A stretch of 64,000 bases of DNA from an uncultured virus (IMG/VR IMGVR_UViG_3300031182_000003). Its lineage: Duplodnaviria; Heunggongvirae; Uroviricota; Caudoviricetes. Positions 1 to 8,799 of the stretch are shown piece by piece. The stretch is from the IMG/VR virus record IMGVR_UViG_3300031182_000003; one strand, written 5' to 3'. The number at the start of each line of letters is the position of its first letter. Position 1 is the stretch's first letter. The notes below the pieces were generated by a model. That model was not told the origin of the DNA and did no database searches. It saw only the letters and a program-made list of their open reading frames with translations. Both the position numbers and the translations under genes were made by a program.

Positions 1-1
1 G

Positions 2-877
2 TACGAAACGTTCAAGAAGAACGGCAATCTGTATGTGAAAGTGAAGTCCCGCTCTATCTCGACGCTGAACAAGATCGACCGGCTGATCCCGGAAGACAAG
101 CACATCCCGTTCGACTTCTACGGTTTCAAAGCGAATGGATTCAGCGCGAAGGAAGTTCTGGCCGCCCTCAAGGCAAACGATGGTATCATCACGGTGCGCA
201 AACAGCATGACGGTGATGAAATCCGCGCGGCGGTGTACATCGGTAAGCACCGCATGGGTTCGGTCGCACGTCAGCACAAAGCCTTGCTGGCTCCGTATCT
301 GCCGTGCGAACTGAAGGTCGTGAATGTGGACAAGCTGGACGCGGTTGTGAGACGCCCGAATCAAGCGCCGAAGGAAGCGTCGTTCTACGCGCTGGATTGC
401 CAGTTCATCCGCACGCTGGATGAGGCAGAGGAGAAACCGCAACGCAAACGCGAGCGCATCAATGCAGACGAGTATATATCCTATGACGAAGTGCATCAAG
501 CGTCGCGCAAGCAGGCGAAAGAGGAAATGATCGACATCGAGTCGCTCGGCATTCCGAAGTTCAAAGTCGAGATCATGAATCGCCTGAATCGGAATGCCGA
601 CTACTGGAGCGTCAAGACGAATCCGACCAAGTATGGAATCGTCGGCGTGACGGTAGAGCAAACTGACAGTGTCGCTGTCGGTAATGTGTGCGCGAAAGTG
701 ACGCTCATCAACAAACGCGGCGAATCGAAAGATTTCGATGTCCGCGCGGTGGAAGGCAAGCAGTTCGCGCTTGTCAATGGCGCGAATGTTCCGGCAGAAA
801 TGCAGGCGTTCATTCTGCAAGTAGCACACTATGAGCTTTGCCGCATCCACGTTGAGCGTGTACGCGCCGCTCAGTAA
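2..877 (+). CDS. Hypothetical protein, 5'-truncated by window edge; possible HIRAN-like segment
   Basis: Frame open from window start; DGDEIRAAVYIGKHRMGSVARQHKALLAPYL loosely resembles a HIRAN motif. Confidence 0.6.
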   Translation, partial: YETFKKNGNLYVKVKSRSISTLNKIDRLIPEDKHIPFDFYGFKANGFSAKEVLAALKANDGIITVRKQHDGDEIRAAVYIGKHRMGSVARQHKALLAPYLPCELKVVNVDKLDAVVRRPNQAPKEASFYALDCQFIRTLDEAEEKPQRKRERINADEYISYDEVHQASRKQAKEEMIDIESLGIPKFKVEIMNRLNRNADYWSVKTNPTKYGIVGVTVEQTDSVAVGNVCAKVTLINKRGESKDFDVRAVEGKQFALVNGANVPAEMQAFILQVAHYELCRIHVERVRAAQ

Positions 878-988
878 TCGCAATTGGGGGCCGCCGAAGG
901 CGGCCCCTCATGTCTTTTCACGTCACTACAACACAAAACGCCCGGTGTCCCGGGCGGATGTGATGAGATACGAAAGGAGGATATTCCG

Positions 989-1189
989 ATGGCTATTGCA
1001 TTGCATGAACTGGATTACGAAACGATGGTTTCCCACCATATTCGTGACCACGATATCGTGCATATGGCTCACATCTTGTACGACCGTGCCCGATCCCGCC
1101 AACAGGAAATGGTGTCGTGGCGGCAGGCGTCCAAAGTTGTGAAGCGTGAGTTTATCGAAGCCGCGAAGCAAGAACTCGGGCTTCGCTAA
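989..1189 (+). CDS. Small hypothetical protein
   Basis: AAAGGAGG RBS before ATG 989 (MAIALHELDY...). Confidence 0.7.
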   Translation: MAIALHELDYETMVSHHIRDHDIVHMAHILYDRARSRQQEMVSWRQASKVVKREFIEAAKQELGLR

Positions 1190-1299
1190 ATGATCGACTC
1201 CGATCCGGGGCCGATCTCCTTCTCTTTTTTTGTTCATACGAGCAGGGCCAGCGAACAAGATGCGGCTCTAATCCAAATTTCACAAGGAGGCATATCGCC

Positions 1300-1689
1300 A
1301 TGAATTACAAGGTGAAAATCAACGGACTGACCATCAATGCACCGGAGTTGCCCGCAGAGTTCAAGCTGGATTCGCTTGAAGTTGAAGTCGAGAATCTCGA
1401 CCTGAAGGATTCCCTGCAAATCGCCCGGCAACTGCCGCACATCATACTGGATCTCCGCCGCATGATGGAACTGCCGCCCGAACAAGTCACGCGGAATCCG
1501 CAAACCATCGACGATGCAATCATGCCCGGCATGATTGTAGCCCTCCAATGCATGGATCGTTCCGGCAGAGGTGTCGTGGACAAGGTGACGCGCCATCACA
1601 TCTACCTCGAAGGCGTTGATGAACCGTTCCCGAAACATGAAGTTATCTTCTTCTCCGTTTTGGAAGCGGCTGACAATGATGAAGCATAA
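1300..1689 (+). CDS. Hypothetical protein
   Basis: AAGGAGG RBS; typical codon usage. Confidence 0.7.
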   Translation: MNYKVKINGLTINAPELPAEFKLDSLEVEVENLDLKDSLQIARQLPHIILDLRRMMELPPEQVTRNPQTIDDAIMPGMIVALQCMDRSGRGVVDKVTRHHIYLEGVDEPFPKHEVIFFSVLEAADNDEA

Positions 1690-2599
1690 GAAGACCCTTG
1701 AATGCAGTTCGGCAGGCGACACCCGCTTCTCTGCATATTATGCGCGTGTGCGCCTCTTTGGCAAGACGAAAACCATCGAAGAATGGTATCAGCTTTCCAA
1801 GCGTTTCGGAAAGATCAAACCGATGTCCGTGAGAGAAGCCAAAGGCAAAGCACCGACACACCTCATCATCAACGGTCAGCGGTATTCCGCACACTTCCTG
1901 AGCCAGTGGTATAAACTCCTCTGGCTCAAGTATCTTGACGATCATCCCGAACTGGTGAAGTTTGCTTCGCAATTTGAGGAGTTCACGGACAAGTTTCGTG
2001 GTCGGCGCACGCAGAACTGCCAAGCCGACATCATCAAACAATACGTAACGCGCGGGCGGCAATCGCTCATCGACGATTGCGAATATCTGCTCGACGCTAT
2101 GAAAGGATGGGACATGTTTATGGCAAAGAAGCCGGAAAGCGGATTGCCTGTGGTAAAGGCATGGACGGACGGCGCGTGCCAAGGCAACGGCAGAAGCAAC
2201 GCACGCGGCGGATGGGCATTCATTGCGCGGTACAAAGATGAGGAGCGCGTGAAGTTCGGCGGTGTGAAGACCAAAGGTGTCACCAACAACCAAATGGAGT
2301 TGCGTGCCGTCATCGAGGTGTTCAAGGTGCTGAAGGTTCCGTGCGAAGTTCATATCCACACGGACAGCGAATACGTTGCGCTGGCGTTCAGCGAAGGCCG
2401 CCTGAAGCGTTGGATGAAGAATGGCTGGAAGACCTCCGACAACAAACCGGTCGCCAACAAAGACATGTGGAAAGAGCTTGTCGAACTCATCAAGAACGGC
2501 GGCCACAAGGTCAAGGTCAAGCATGTGCAAGGCCACGCCAATGACGAGTTGAACAACCGGTGCGACGCGCTCGCCGTCAAAGCCGCACGATCTGCGTAA
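1676..2599 (+). CDS. rnhA: Phage-type N-terminal domain (LECSSAGDTRFSAYYA) fused to ribonuclease HI
   Basis: C-terminal half has WTDGAC, TNNQMEL, HTDSEY, VANKDMW and HVQGHANDELNNRCDALA RNase H motifs. Confidence 0.85.
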   Translation: MMKHKKTLECSSAGDTRFSAYYARVRLFGKTKTIEEWYQLSKRFGKIKPMSVREAKGKAPTHLIINGQRYSAHFLSQWYKLLWLKYLDDHPELVKFASQFEEFTDKFRGRRTQNCQADIIKQYVTRGRQSLIDDCEYLLDAMKGWDMFMAKKPESGLPVVKAWTDGACQGNGRSNARGGWAFIARYKDEERVKFGGVKTKGVTNNQMELRAVIEVFKVLKVPCEVHIHTDSEYVALAFSEGRLKRWMKNGWKTSDNKPVANKDMWKELVELIKNGGHKVKVKHVQGHANDELNNRCDALAVKAARSA

Positions 2600-2634
2600 G
2601 CCATCATTGACTGTCAACCGCAATCGGAAATCCT

Positions 2635-2717
2635 GCACCGATCATGCATTGTATGGTCTGATCGGTGCCTGTTTGGCAGGGTGAATCTCACCGATGACAT
2701 TCATCCTGCCAAACAGG
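2635..2717 (+). repeat. Two adjacent inverted repeats in a ~470-bp intergenic region
   Basis: GCACCGATCA/TGATCGGTGC (2635-2668) and CCTGTTTGGCAGGGTGAAT/ATTCATCCTGCCAAACAGG (2668-2717). Confidence 0.8.
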
Positions 2718-3071
2718 TGTGAACGTTGCATTTGAACATTGCCCACACCATTTGTTTGTGCCTGTCTGCCGCTGTCGCGGCAAGAATTGAGGCATTCCCG
2801 CCCCCTTGAATAGACCCCCGAGTCGAATTGGTACGCTGGTTATGTTCCAGTACGCTTTGTCTTACGCAATTATGCTTTTCAGCGAGGAGTCGTACCGCTG
2901 GTGCAACGTACCGTGTACCACCAGACCGGCTGTGGTGGTTTTGTTTTCTCCTGTGGGTTTGAGTCCTCGAACGACCCCTCCATAAATATATAACAGAATC
3001 GGCATTTTTCCGTATTTGTAACCCTTGTCACAGAATGTTCACAAATTTGTCACGAAAGGAGGTGAGAGACC

Positions 3072-3566
3072 ATGCCGAAGAAACGTGAGGAAGAAGATGT
3101 CGTCAACGTCAATGACGAAGACTTCGATATCGACGAGGACGAAGACATCGAAGTTGTCGATGGCGACGAATATGATGACGATGAGAACGAAGACGGCGAG
3201 TCCGGTGAACGGTTCGACCAAAGCGCCTTCATCCGGCAATGTGTTGCGGATGCGACCGCCGAGCAAAAGGCGTACGTCGATAAAGTGATGAAGTCCGTCA
3301 ACAAGCGGCTCGACGATCACGATCATCGCATCAAAAACCTCGAAAAAATGGTTCACAACCTCAGTGACGCTCCGGCCCCGGTTATGGCGAAAGCTCAGAG
3401 CCGCAAGCTCAAGCAAAACCATGATGAACAGACCGGTCTGGATCGCATTCTTGACGCGACGTTCGGCACGGCGGGCCGCGCTCTGCACGCTATTGTCGAT
3501 GCGACGGCGTACATCGCCGAATCGGTCATCGACCTTGCGACGCTCGGTCGTGCACGTCGTACGTGA
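3072..3566 (+). CDS. Hypothetical protein with acidic N-terminus
   Basis: AAAGGAGGTGA RBS; D/E-rich N-terminus. Confidence 0.75.
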   Translation: MPKKREEEDVVNVNDEDFDIDEDEDIEVVDGDEYDDDENEDGESGERFDQSAFIRQCVADATAEQKAYVDKVMKSVNKRLDDHDHRIKNLEKMVHNLSDAPAPVMAKAQSRKLKQNHDEQTGLDRILDATFGTAGRALHAIVDATAYIAESVIDLATLGRARRT

Positions 3567-3633
3567 CACGGACAGGGCGGCCCGGTGTCCCGGGCCGCCC
3601 TGATTTCGTATTTCGCACAAGGAGGCTGTAATT

Positions 3634-4041
3634 ATGTTTCAGCAATGGGTTCAAGCAATCAAGGCACGCATATTCAAGAAACCGCCGGTCGTTGTCGATC
3701 CATACCGCGCGAAATTGTTGGAAGACATGGCCCGCGCGATTGCACGCATCAGAACAGCGATGGAGAAGTATGAGGATGCATTGCGTCATACGGATGACGA
3801 CGGTGTGAACTACTCTCAAATGCTGTTCAATCAACTGGATGGCTATGTCACCGATTACATGAACCTGCGTTTGCAGTACGAGGCTATGTACGGTGACTTG
3901 GAAAACTACTACCAGAAGTTCACCAAACTGCGTATTTGGCAAGAGCGAGGTGAGTACCCATGCCTGTTTCTACACCGATTCAAAACGGCTACCATTCCGT
4001 TTACTTTGGACGGGGAGAAGGACTCAGCGGCTTCTGCATGA
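3634..4041 (+). CDS. Hypothetical protein
   Basis: AAGGAGG RBS. Confidence 0.65.
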   Translation: MFQQWVQAIKARIFKKPPVVVDPYRAKLLEDMARAIARIRTAMEKYEDALRHTDDDGVNYSQMLFNQLDGYVTDYMNLRLQYEAMYGDLENYYQKFTKLRIWQERGEYPCLFLHRFKTATIPFTLDGEKDSAASA

Positions 4042-4313
4042 GCAAAAACGAGTTCGAGGTTCTCGGTATGAAGATCCTCAACTCGAACCCCGGACTTGCG
4101 GACACCATCATCCCGTACGTCCATCGCCTGTTCACGCAAGGCCCGCAGACCTTCAACCACATCGACGCATTCGCGCTTCTTGAGGAACTGGAGCTTTTGA
4201 TTCCGGCTTCTGTTATGCTGAACAACATCGAGCGCAACCAACTGGTGCTGATCTACAACAACCTGAAGTATCAAACCTACCGTTATCTCTACTCCACCAT
4301 CGAGTTTGTATAA
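4038..4313 (+). CDS. Hypothetical protein
   Basis: ATGA overlap with upstream stop. Confidence 0.6.
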   Translation: MSKNEFEVLGMKILNSNPGLADTIIPYVHRLFTQGPQTFNHIDAFALLEELELLIPASVMLNNIERNQLVLIYNNLKYQTYRYLYSTIEFV

Positions 4314-4392
4314 CGGCCCCGCTGTCGCGGGAAGGCTTGATGATTCCATCATCAGCAATACCAATTCCAATATTTCAAGGAGGAATGTGCAA

Positions 4393-5061
4393 ATGAATCT
4401 CGTGGTGTTGAGCGGTCGTCTGTACAATGGTGCTGTCTATGGCTATGAGGACGACGACGAACAAGAACGTACCTGTTTCCGTGGTCGCCTGAATTTCCGG
4501 CTCCCGAACGGCAAGTACGACTGGATCGACGTGGTCTGCTTCCGGGACAATCCGAACACCGATGAAAACGGTCTGGTCGGCTGGCTGGAGCGGAACTATC
4601 TCGCGCCGGAAGACGAATCCGACGGTCACGGCGGCAAGGCAATCGAACTGTCCGGCTGGCTGAAGCCCACCGAGAAGCGCAAGACAATCACGGTGAAGAC
4701 CTCCAGCGGCAAGAGGGACATTCCGAACGTGCCGTACACGACGTTCGAGCTGGTCATCGACCAAGCAAACTTCCCGCCGCTGTCGCATGGCGAAGGCGGA
4801 AAGAACAACGGCGTAGAAGTGGATGACGACTTCGATATCGACGAAGACGTCGAAGTTGCAGAGGACGACGACGACGAAGAAGAAGTCGCACCGCGCCGTG
4901 GCAACAAGTCCTCTGGCAAGTCTGGCGGCTCCAGCCGCGCAAGCGGAGCGCGTAGCGACCGCCGTTCGGTTCCGTCGAAGTCCGGCAAAGCCGGAAAGGC
5001 CAACGGCAGGACGAGCAATCGCCGCCGTGACAAAGACGACAACTTCTTCGTTGAAGACTGA
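4393..5061 (+). CDS. ssb: Single-stranded DNA-binding protein (OB fold, acidic tail)
   Basis: MNLVVLSGRL start, DWIDVVCF, G/S-rich linker, acidic end DDNFFVED. Confidence 0.7.
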   Translation: MNLVVLSGRLYNGAVYGYEDDDEQERTCFRGRLNFRLPNGKYDWIDVVCFRDNPNTDENGLVGWLERNYLAPEDESDGHGGKAIELSGWLKPTEKRKTITVKTSSGKRDIPNVPYTTFELVIDQANFPPLSHGEGGKNNGVEVDDDFDIDEDVEVAEDDDDEEEVAPRRGNKSSGKSGGSSRASGARSDRRSVPSKSGKAGKANGRTSNRRRDKDDNFFVED

Positions 5062-5173
5062 TCGCTGTTACATTTTGACTCGTTGTCGTTGACAATGGCG
5101 ACATTGTCACAATATACTAGAGAGGACAGGACTCATCGTCCTCTCTAGTATTGACAACGGGGAGTGTAACACG

Positions 5174-5614
5174 ATGTCGGACAAGGCTGTCGCCTACGAA
5201 ACGCCTTTCACCGAGCAAGCCGTGTTGTCGCTGAGTGACCACATCAAGGCATCGTTGACCGAATATGCGAAGAACAATGGCAAGGATGGCAAGGTTGACT
5301 TCTTCGTCATGATGGCCGCACTCGGCCAAACGGCGTTTGAGATGGCAATGTCAACGTTGCCGAAATCGCAGGAAGACCGCAAGGCGATCCACGATGAAAT
5401 GCGGTTGCTGACGGACAACCTGCTGGCGAAGATCGACGCTGTTCGGGTCGAGTACAAGACGCGCGGCTCAACCGATCTCGTCGCCATTGCGCATTTGATG
5501 TCGTTGGTTGCGGAAATTTATTCCCGCAGGCGCGACGCGGCTGTTCTGAAAGTTCTGCAAGACCAAGCGGAAGCCGCCAGTCAAGACGCGGCTCAAGCAC
5601 AAGCGGAGTCGTAA
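5174..5614 (+). CDS. Hypothetical helical protein
   Basis: GGGGAG RBS; coding-like composition. Confidence 0.7.
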   Translation: MSDKAVAYETPFTEQAVLSLSDHIKASLTEYAKNNGKDGKVDFFVMMAALGQTAFEMAMSTLPKSQEDRKAIHDEMRLLTDNLLAKIDAVRVEYKTRGSTDLVAIAHLMSLVAEIYSRRRDAAVLKVLQDQAEAASQDAAQAQAES

Positions 5615-5874
5615 GACTCCTCACATGAGGGTATGATGTGCCGCTCAGGAATGTTTTCAACCCCTTACGTTCCCGGCGGAACACGGCTTCACATCGTACC
5701 TTCATGTGGGTAGTCTGCACCGCTATCCAGCCACCCTTTCGATTCCTGTTTGGACGGGGGGAACTCTTTGTTCTTCCCGTGAGGCATTCGTCGTATCCGA
5801 CGGGTGTCTCACAGGGGGGACAAAAACGGGCCTGCATTTTGCGGGCCCATCATTTTATCGCAGGAGTGATTGTC

Positions 5875-6402
5875 GTGAGCAAGGACAAAGTGGTTTCGAT
5901 AGACCAGTTGCGGCAAAGACGCGAGGAGCGCCAGATGCAACAAAGCCCCGAATCTGCTCAATTGCCCTCGCATATTGAGCAGGCTCTCGAAGCGGAAAAC
6001 CAAAAGGTGCTTGCTGTATTCAAGACGCTCGATGAGGCATTGTCGAAGTATTCCAAGAACAATGCGTTCGGATCCGTTTTGGTTCCCATCGAAGCTTTGG
6101 CCCGCATGATACTGAGTGCGGCAACATCCATCGACCGGCATCTGCCGGAACAAGATCAGATTGACCAGATAGACTTCCGCAACGAACTTTCGGAGGGCAT
6201 TCTGGATGTGATCAACATCGTTATTGAGGATCGTCAGCTTATGGGTCAAACCAAGATTTATAAGCATGACGTTTACATAGCCCTCATTATGGCATTATTG
6301 TCATCGCTCTTTGAGCATCGCATTGTGCAAATTCAACTGGAAAAGAAAGGGGTTGCCTCGCGTGTCGAGCCAAGTTTCACTGACGATTCAAACAAAGGAT
6401 AA
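5875..6402 (+). CDS. Hypothetical protein
   Basis: AGGAGTG RBS before GTG 5875. Confidence 0.65.
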   Translation: MSKDKVVSIDQLRQRREERQMQQSPESAQLPSHIEQALEAENQKVLAVFKTLDEALSKYSKNNAFGSVLVPIEALARMILSAATSIDRHLPEQDQIDQIDFRNELSEGILDVINIVIEDRQLMGQTKIYKHDVYIALIMALLSSLFEHRIVQIQLEKKGVASRVEPSFTDDSNKG

Positions 6403-7057
6403 GAATCTGATCTACAGTGCGACGGGGCTGAATGACGAACACGATCTGGCCGTCATCAAAGGCATGTTTGCCGCTTTCGGTTTGTGCGAAGGCGGCCCAC
6501 TCCCTGAATTGCCGCCCGCTGTTGTTGCAGGGACACAACAAGTCGCGGTTACAGCCATTGCGGAGCCTCCGGCTAAAACACAAATGCCTGAACCGGAAAA
6601 GCCCAAAGCACAACAAGAACAGTCGGCTTCTCGTCCGCGACAGCTTCCGTTCATCAATGCCGAGCGCGGCACAACCAAAATTGGTGATATTCCGGGCGTT
6701 GCCGACAAGCTGATCGAAGCAGGCTTCCAGATTGTGGAGAAGACCAATGCGCAGGTGCCCGACCATATTGCAACCGGCATCAAGCTGAAAGAAATCGGCG
6801 GCGAAATAAAGCGAACCTACCGGTGCAAAAACCACTGTCCGAAGTGCGGAGAGATCAGCAATTCCTATCTGTTGCCGCACAATGTATGGTCGAAGTGCTT
6901 CCATTGCGGCACGAAGCTTGCCGCTGTTCCGGCCATCCCCGGCGAACTGCTCGTACCCGACGAGCATATGAACTTCTTCTACGCGGAAGAAGAATATTAT
7001 GAGGTAGGCTATGATGACGACAGACAAGGATCCGAATCTGATCCAGCAGATGTTTGA
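6362..7057 (+). CDS. Hypothetical protein with C-terminal zinc ribbon
   Basis: CPKCG...CFHCG motifs. Confidence 0.65.
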   Translation: MSSQVSLTIQTKDKNLIYSATGLNDEHDLAVIKGMFAAFGLCEGGPLPELPPAVVAGTQQVAVTAIAEPPAKTQMPEPEKPKAQQEQSASRPRQLPFINAERGTTKIGDIPGVADKLIEAGFQIVEKTNAQVPDHIATGIKLKEIGGEIKRTYRCKNHCPKCGEISNSYLLPHNVWSKCFHCGTKLAAVPAIPGELLVPDEHMNFFYAEEEYYEVGYDDDRQGSESDPADV

Positions 7058-7388
7058 ACGGTTCAAATCCGTTCACCCCATCTTCAATGACTGTATGCAG
7101 AAGATCTACGAGAAGGAAGGGTTTGACCCAACCGAAATGGCGATCTATCTCAACATCATGACCGGCCAGTATATTCACAAGACTCTTATGGAGTACACCG
7201 GCATGACGACGGAGGAGATCGGCAATCTGGCGAATATGCAGGTTGAATCGTTCAGCCAGAGCGGCACCATGAACAAGCATACACTCACCGGGCAGATTAT
7301 CGGCCTCCAAGCCGCTCTCGGCGTCGCTCTTACCAAACTCGATCTTGTGATGAAGTCGTTGGCAGAAGGTAACAAGGATCCGTCGTGA
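7011..7388 (+). CDS. Hypothetical protein
   Basis: GAGG RBS; overlaps upstream ORF end. Confidence 0.6.
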   Translation: MMTTDKDPNLIQQMFERFKSVHPIFNDCMQKIYEKEGFDPTEMAIYLNIMTGQYIHKTLMEYTGMTTEEIGNLANMQVESFSQSGTMNKHTLTGQIIGLQAALGVALTKLDLVMKSLAEGNKDPS

Positions 7389-7446
7389 TATGGTACAATT
7401 GTCGTGAGCCAACCCGCTCTCATTCTTTGGTCAGCAGGTGATGCAT

Positions 7447-7620
7447 ATGGCACTCACGGCACCGCAACAAGCCGAAGTGAACAAGCTGAAAGCCCAAATT
7501 GCCGACCTCAAGCAAACGGTGATGAATACTAAGCATTGCACGATGGGTGGCTTCGGCAACTATCTGTTCGACGCCTTCAAGCAGATCGAAGATCAAGTCA
7601 AGAAGATCGAACAGACTTGA
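7447..7620 (+). CDS. Small helical protein, MALTAPQQ paralog 1
   Basis: AGGTGA RBS; N-terminus identical to the 8800 protein. Confidence 0.7.
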   Translation: MALTAPQQAEVNKLKAQIADLKQTVMNTKHCTMGGFGNYLFDAFKQIEDQVKKIEQT

Positions 7621-7684
7621 GCATGACGCCCCGGTGTCCCGGGGCGCATTGCTTACCAGCATATGTCGTGAGGAGGTGTCAACT

Positions 7685-7954
7685 GTGGTTCTCTACCATG
7701 TGACCACACCGAAGAAGGCCAAGAACTACAGTGCTTCCGGCTGTATTCACCGTCCGGTGAGAGGATTCACAACGCTCATGGCGGCAATGGCATGGGCGGT
7801 GAAGACTCAGCGCTCAGTCATATATGCTGTTGAAGGTGACAAAGCATACAAGCTTCCCGACCATCACAACAAATATGGCGAGGCGTGGTGGCTGGACGAA
7901 GATGTGCCGATGGAAAGAGCAACCTGTGTATTCAGCGCCGACAAAGATGCTTAG
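7685..7954 (+). CDS. Hypothetical protein (LYHVT motif)
   Basis: GAGGAGGTG RBS; VLYHVTTPKK start loosely resembles ART-fold/DUF952-type small proteins (weak). Confidence 0.65.
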   Translation: MVLYHVTTPKKAKNYSASGCIHRPVRGFTTLMAAMAWAVKTQRSVIYAVEGDKAYKLPDHHNKYGEAWWLDEDVPMERATCVFSADKDA

Positions 7955-7979
7955 GAGGTTCTGTAGAAGGAGGATATCC

Positions 7980-8225
7980 ATGTCTGATCGCCAAAACACG
8001 ATGGATCGCATCCTGCGTTGTCTGGAGTGGGCAGAAATCGACATCGAAGATGTCAAAGAAGGCACGATTCTTACCGATGACATTGGCATGAACAGTCTTG
8101 ATAGAATCCGTCTCGCCACGGAAATCGAGGACGAGTTCGATATCGAAGTTGAATATAAAACCATCATGAGTTGGGAGACCGTCGGTGACATTGTCCGGTA
8201 TGTCAACAAGAACATCCGTGACTAA
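7980..8225 (+). CDS. Acyl carrier protein-like
   Basis: 81 aa, acidic; DDIGMNSLDRIRL (DSL-like Ser site), IEDEFDIEV, TVGDIVRYV. Confidence 0.8.
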   Translation: MSDRQNTMDRILRCLEWAEIDIEDVKEGTILTDDIGMNSLDRIRLATEIEDEFDIEVEYKTIMSWETVGDIVRYVNKNIRD

Positions 8226-8232
8226 GCCCTTC

Positions 8233-8668
8233 GACGGGCTTCACATTCAGCACCTATGCAGGTGTCGCTAGTCTCTCAAAGGCCAAGAGAGACCTTGGAC
8301 ATACGACGAGGCGGGTCTTGCAAACCCGGTGGCAGTATGCAGGAGGAGAAAAGGTACGGCAAAGCGAGGAAATCGCACCAAGTCCGTCTCCGAAACGTAT
8401 CCTCATCCAGTAAACGACACCGTTCCGAAGTCCACTGATCGGTAATGGCCAGAATAACCGATAAAGGGCATGGGTGCTGAACCTTGAAGTCCGTCGCGCC
8501 CGCGACGCAATTTCCTGTTCTTTGCATCTTCGGTGATTGAGAACAATCTCGGGCTGGCTACGGCCTAGAAATGAAGTGGCACCATTACATGCTGACGCAT
8601 GGCCTGATTCTTCATGTACCACTAAACTCGCTGGCCGAGAACGGCCCGGGCTATGGAACACATAGCCC
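8233..8668 (+). ncRNA. Candidate large multi-branched structured RNA
   Basis: GACGGGCTTCA/TGAAGTCCGTC and TTCAGCACCTATGC/GCATGGGTGCTGAA close 8233-8495; internal helices GGTGTCG/CGACACC, GTCTCTC/GAGAGAC, CATAC/GTATG; no credible ORF. Confidence 0.55.
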
Positions 8669-8697
8669 GTATCATTCATTTTATGTATAATGTTCTT

Positions 8698-8741
8698 GGG
8701 GAAAGGGTACATATTGTCGGTTCGACTCCGACGTTCCCCCA
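8698..8741 (+). ncRNA. Minimal tRNA-like element (acceptor stem plus T arm only)
   Basis: GGGGAA...GTCGG-TTCGACT-CCGAC-GTTCCCC; TGTATAAT ends 6 nt upstream. Confidence 0.55.
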
Positions 8742-8799
8742 CTCTCCCTTTGGGCGGCAAACCCGCCCTGTTACTCCCTCCAGAAGTGGGTGATAAACT

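Noticed and set aside
8233..8668. RNase P, SRP, tmRNA or c-di-GMP-I riboswitch identity for the structured region
   Set aside because: Hallmarks such as GAGGAAAGUCC, the SRP domain IV motif and tmRNA termini are absent; GGCAAAGCG..GAAA only superficially resembles the c-di-GMP-I aptamer.
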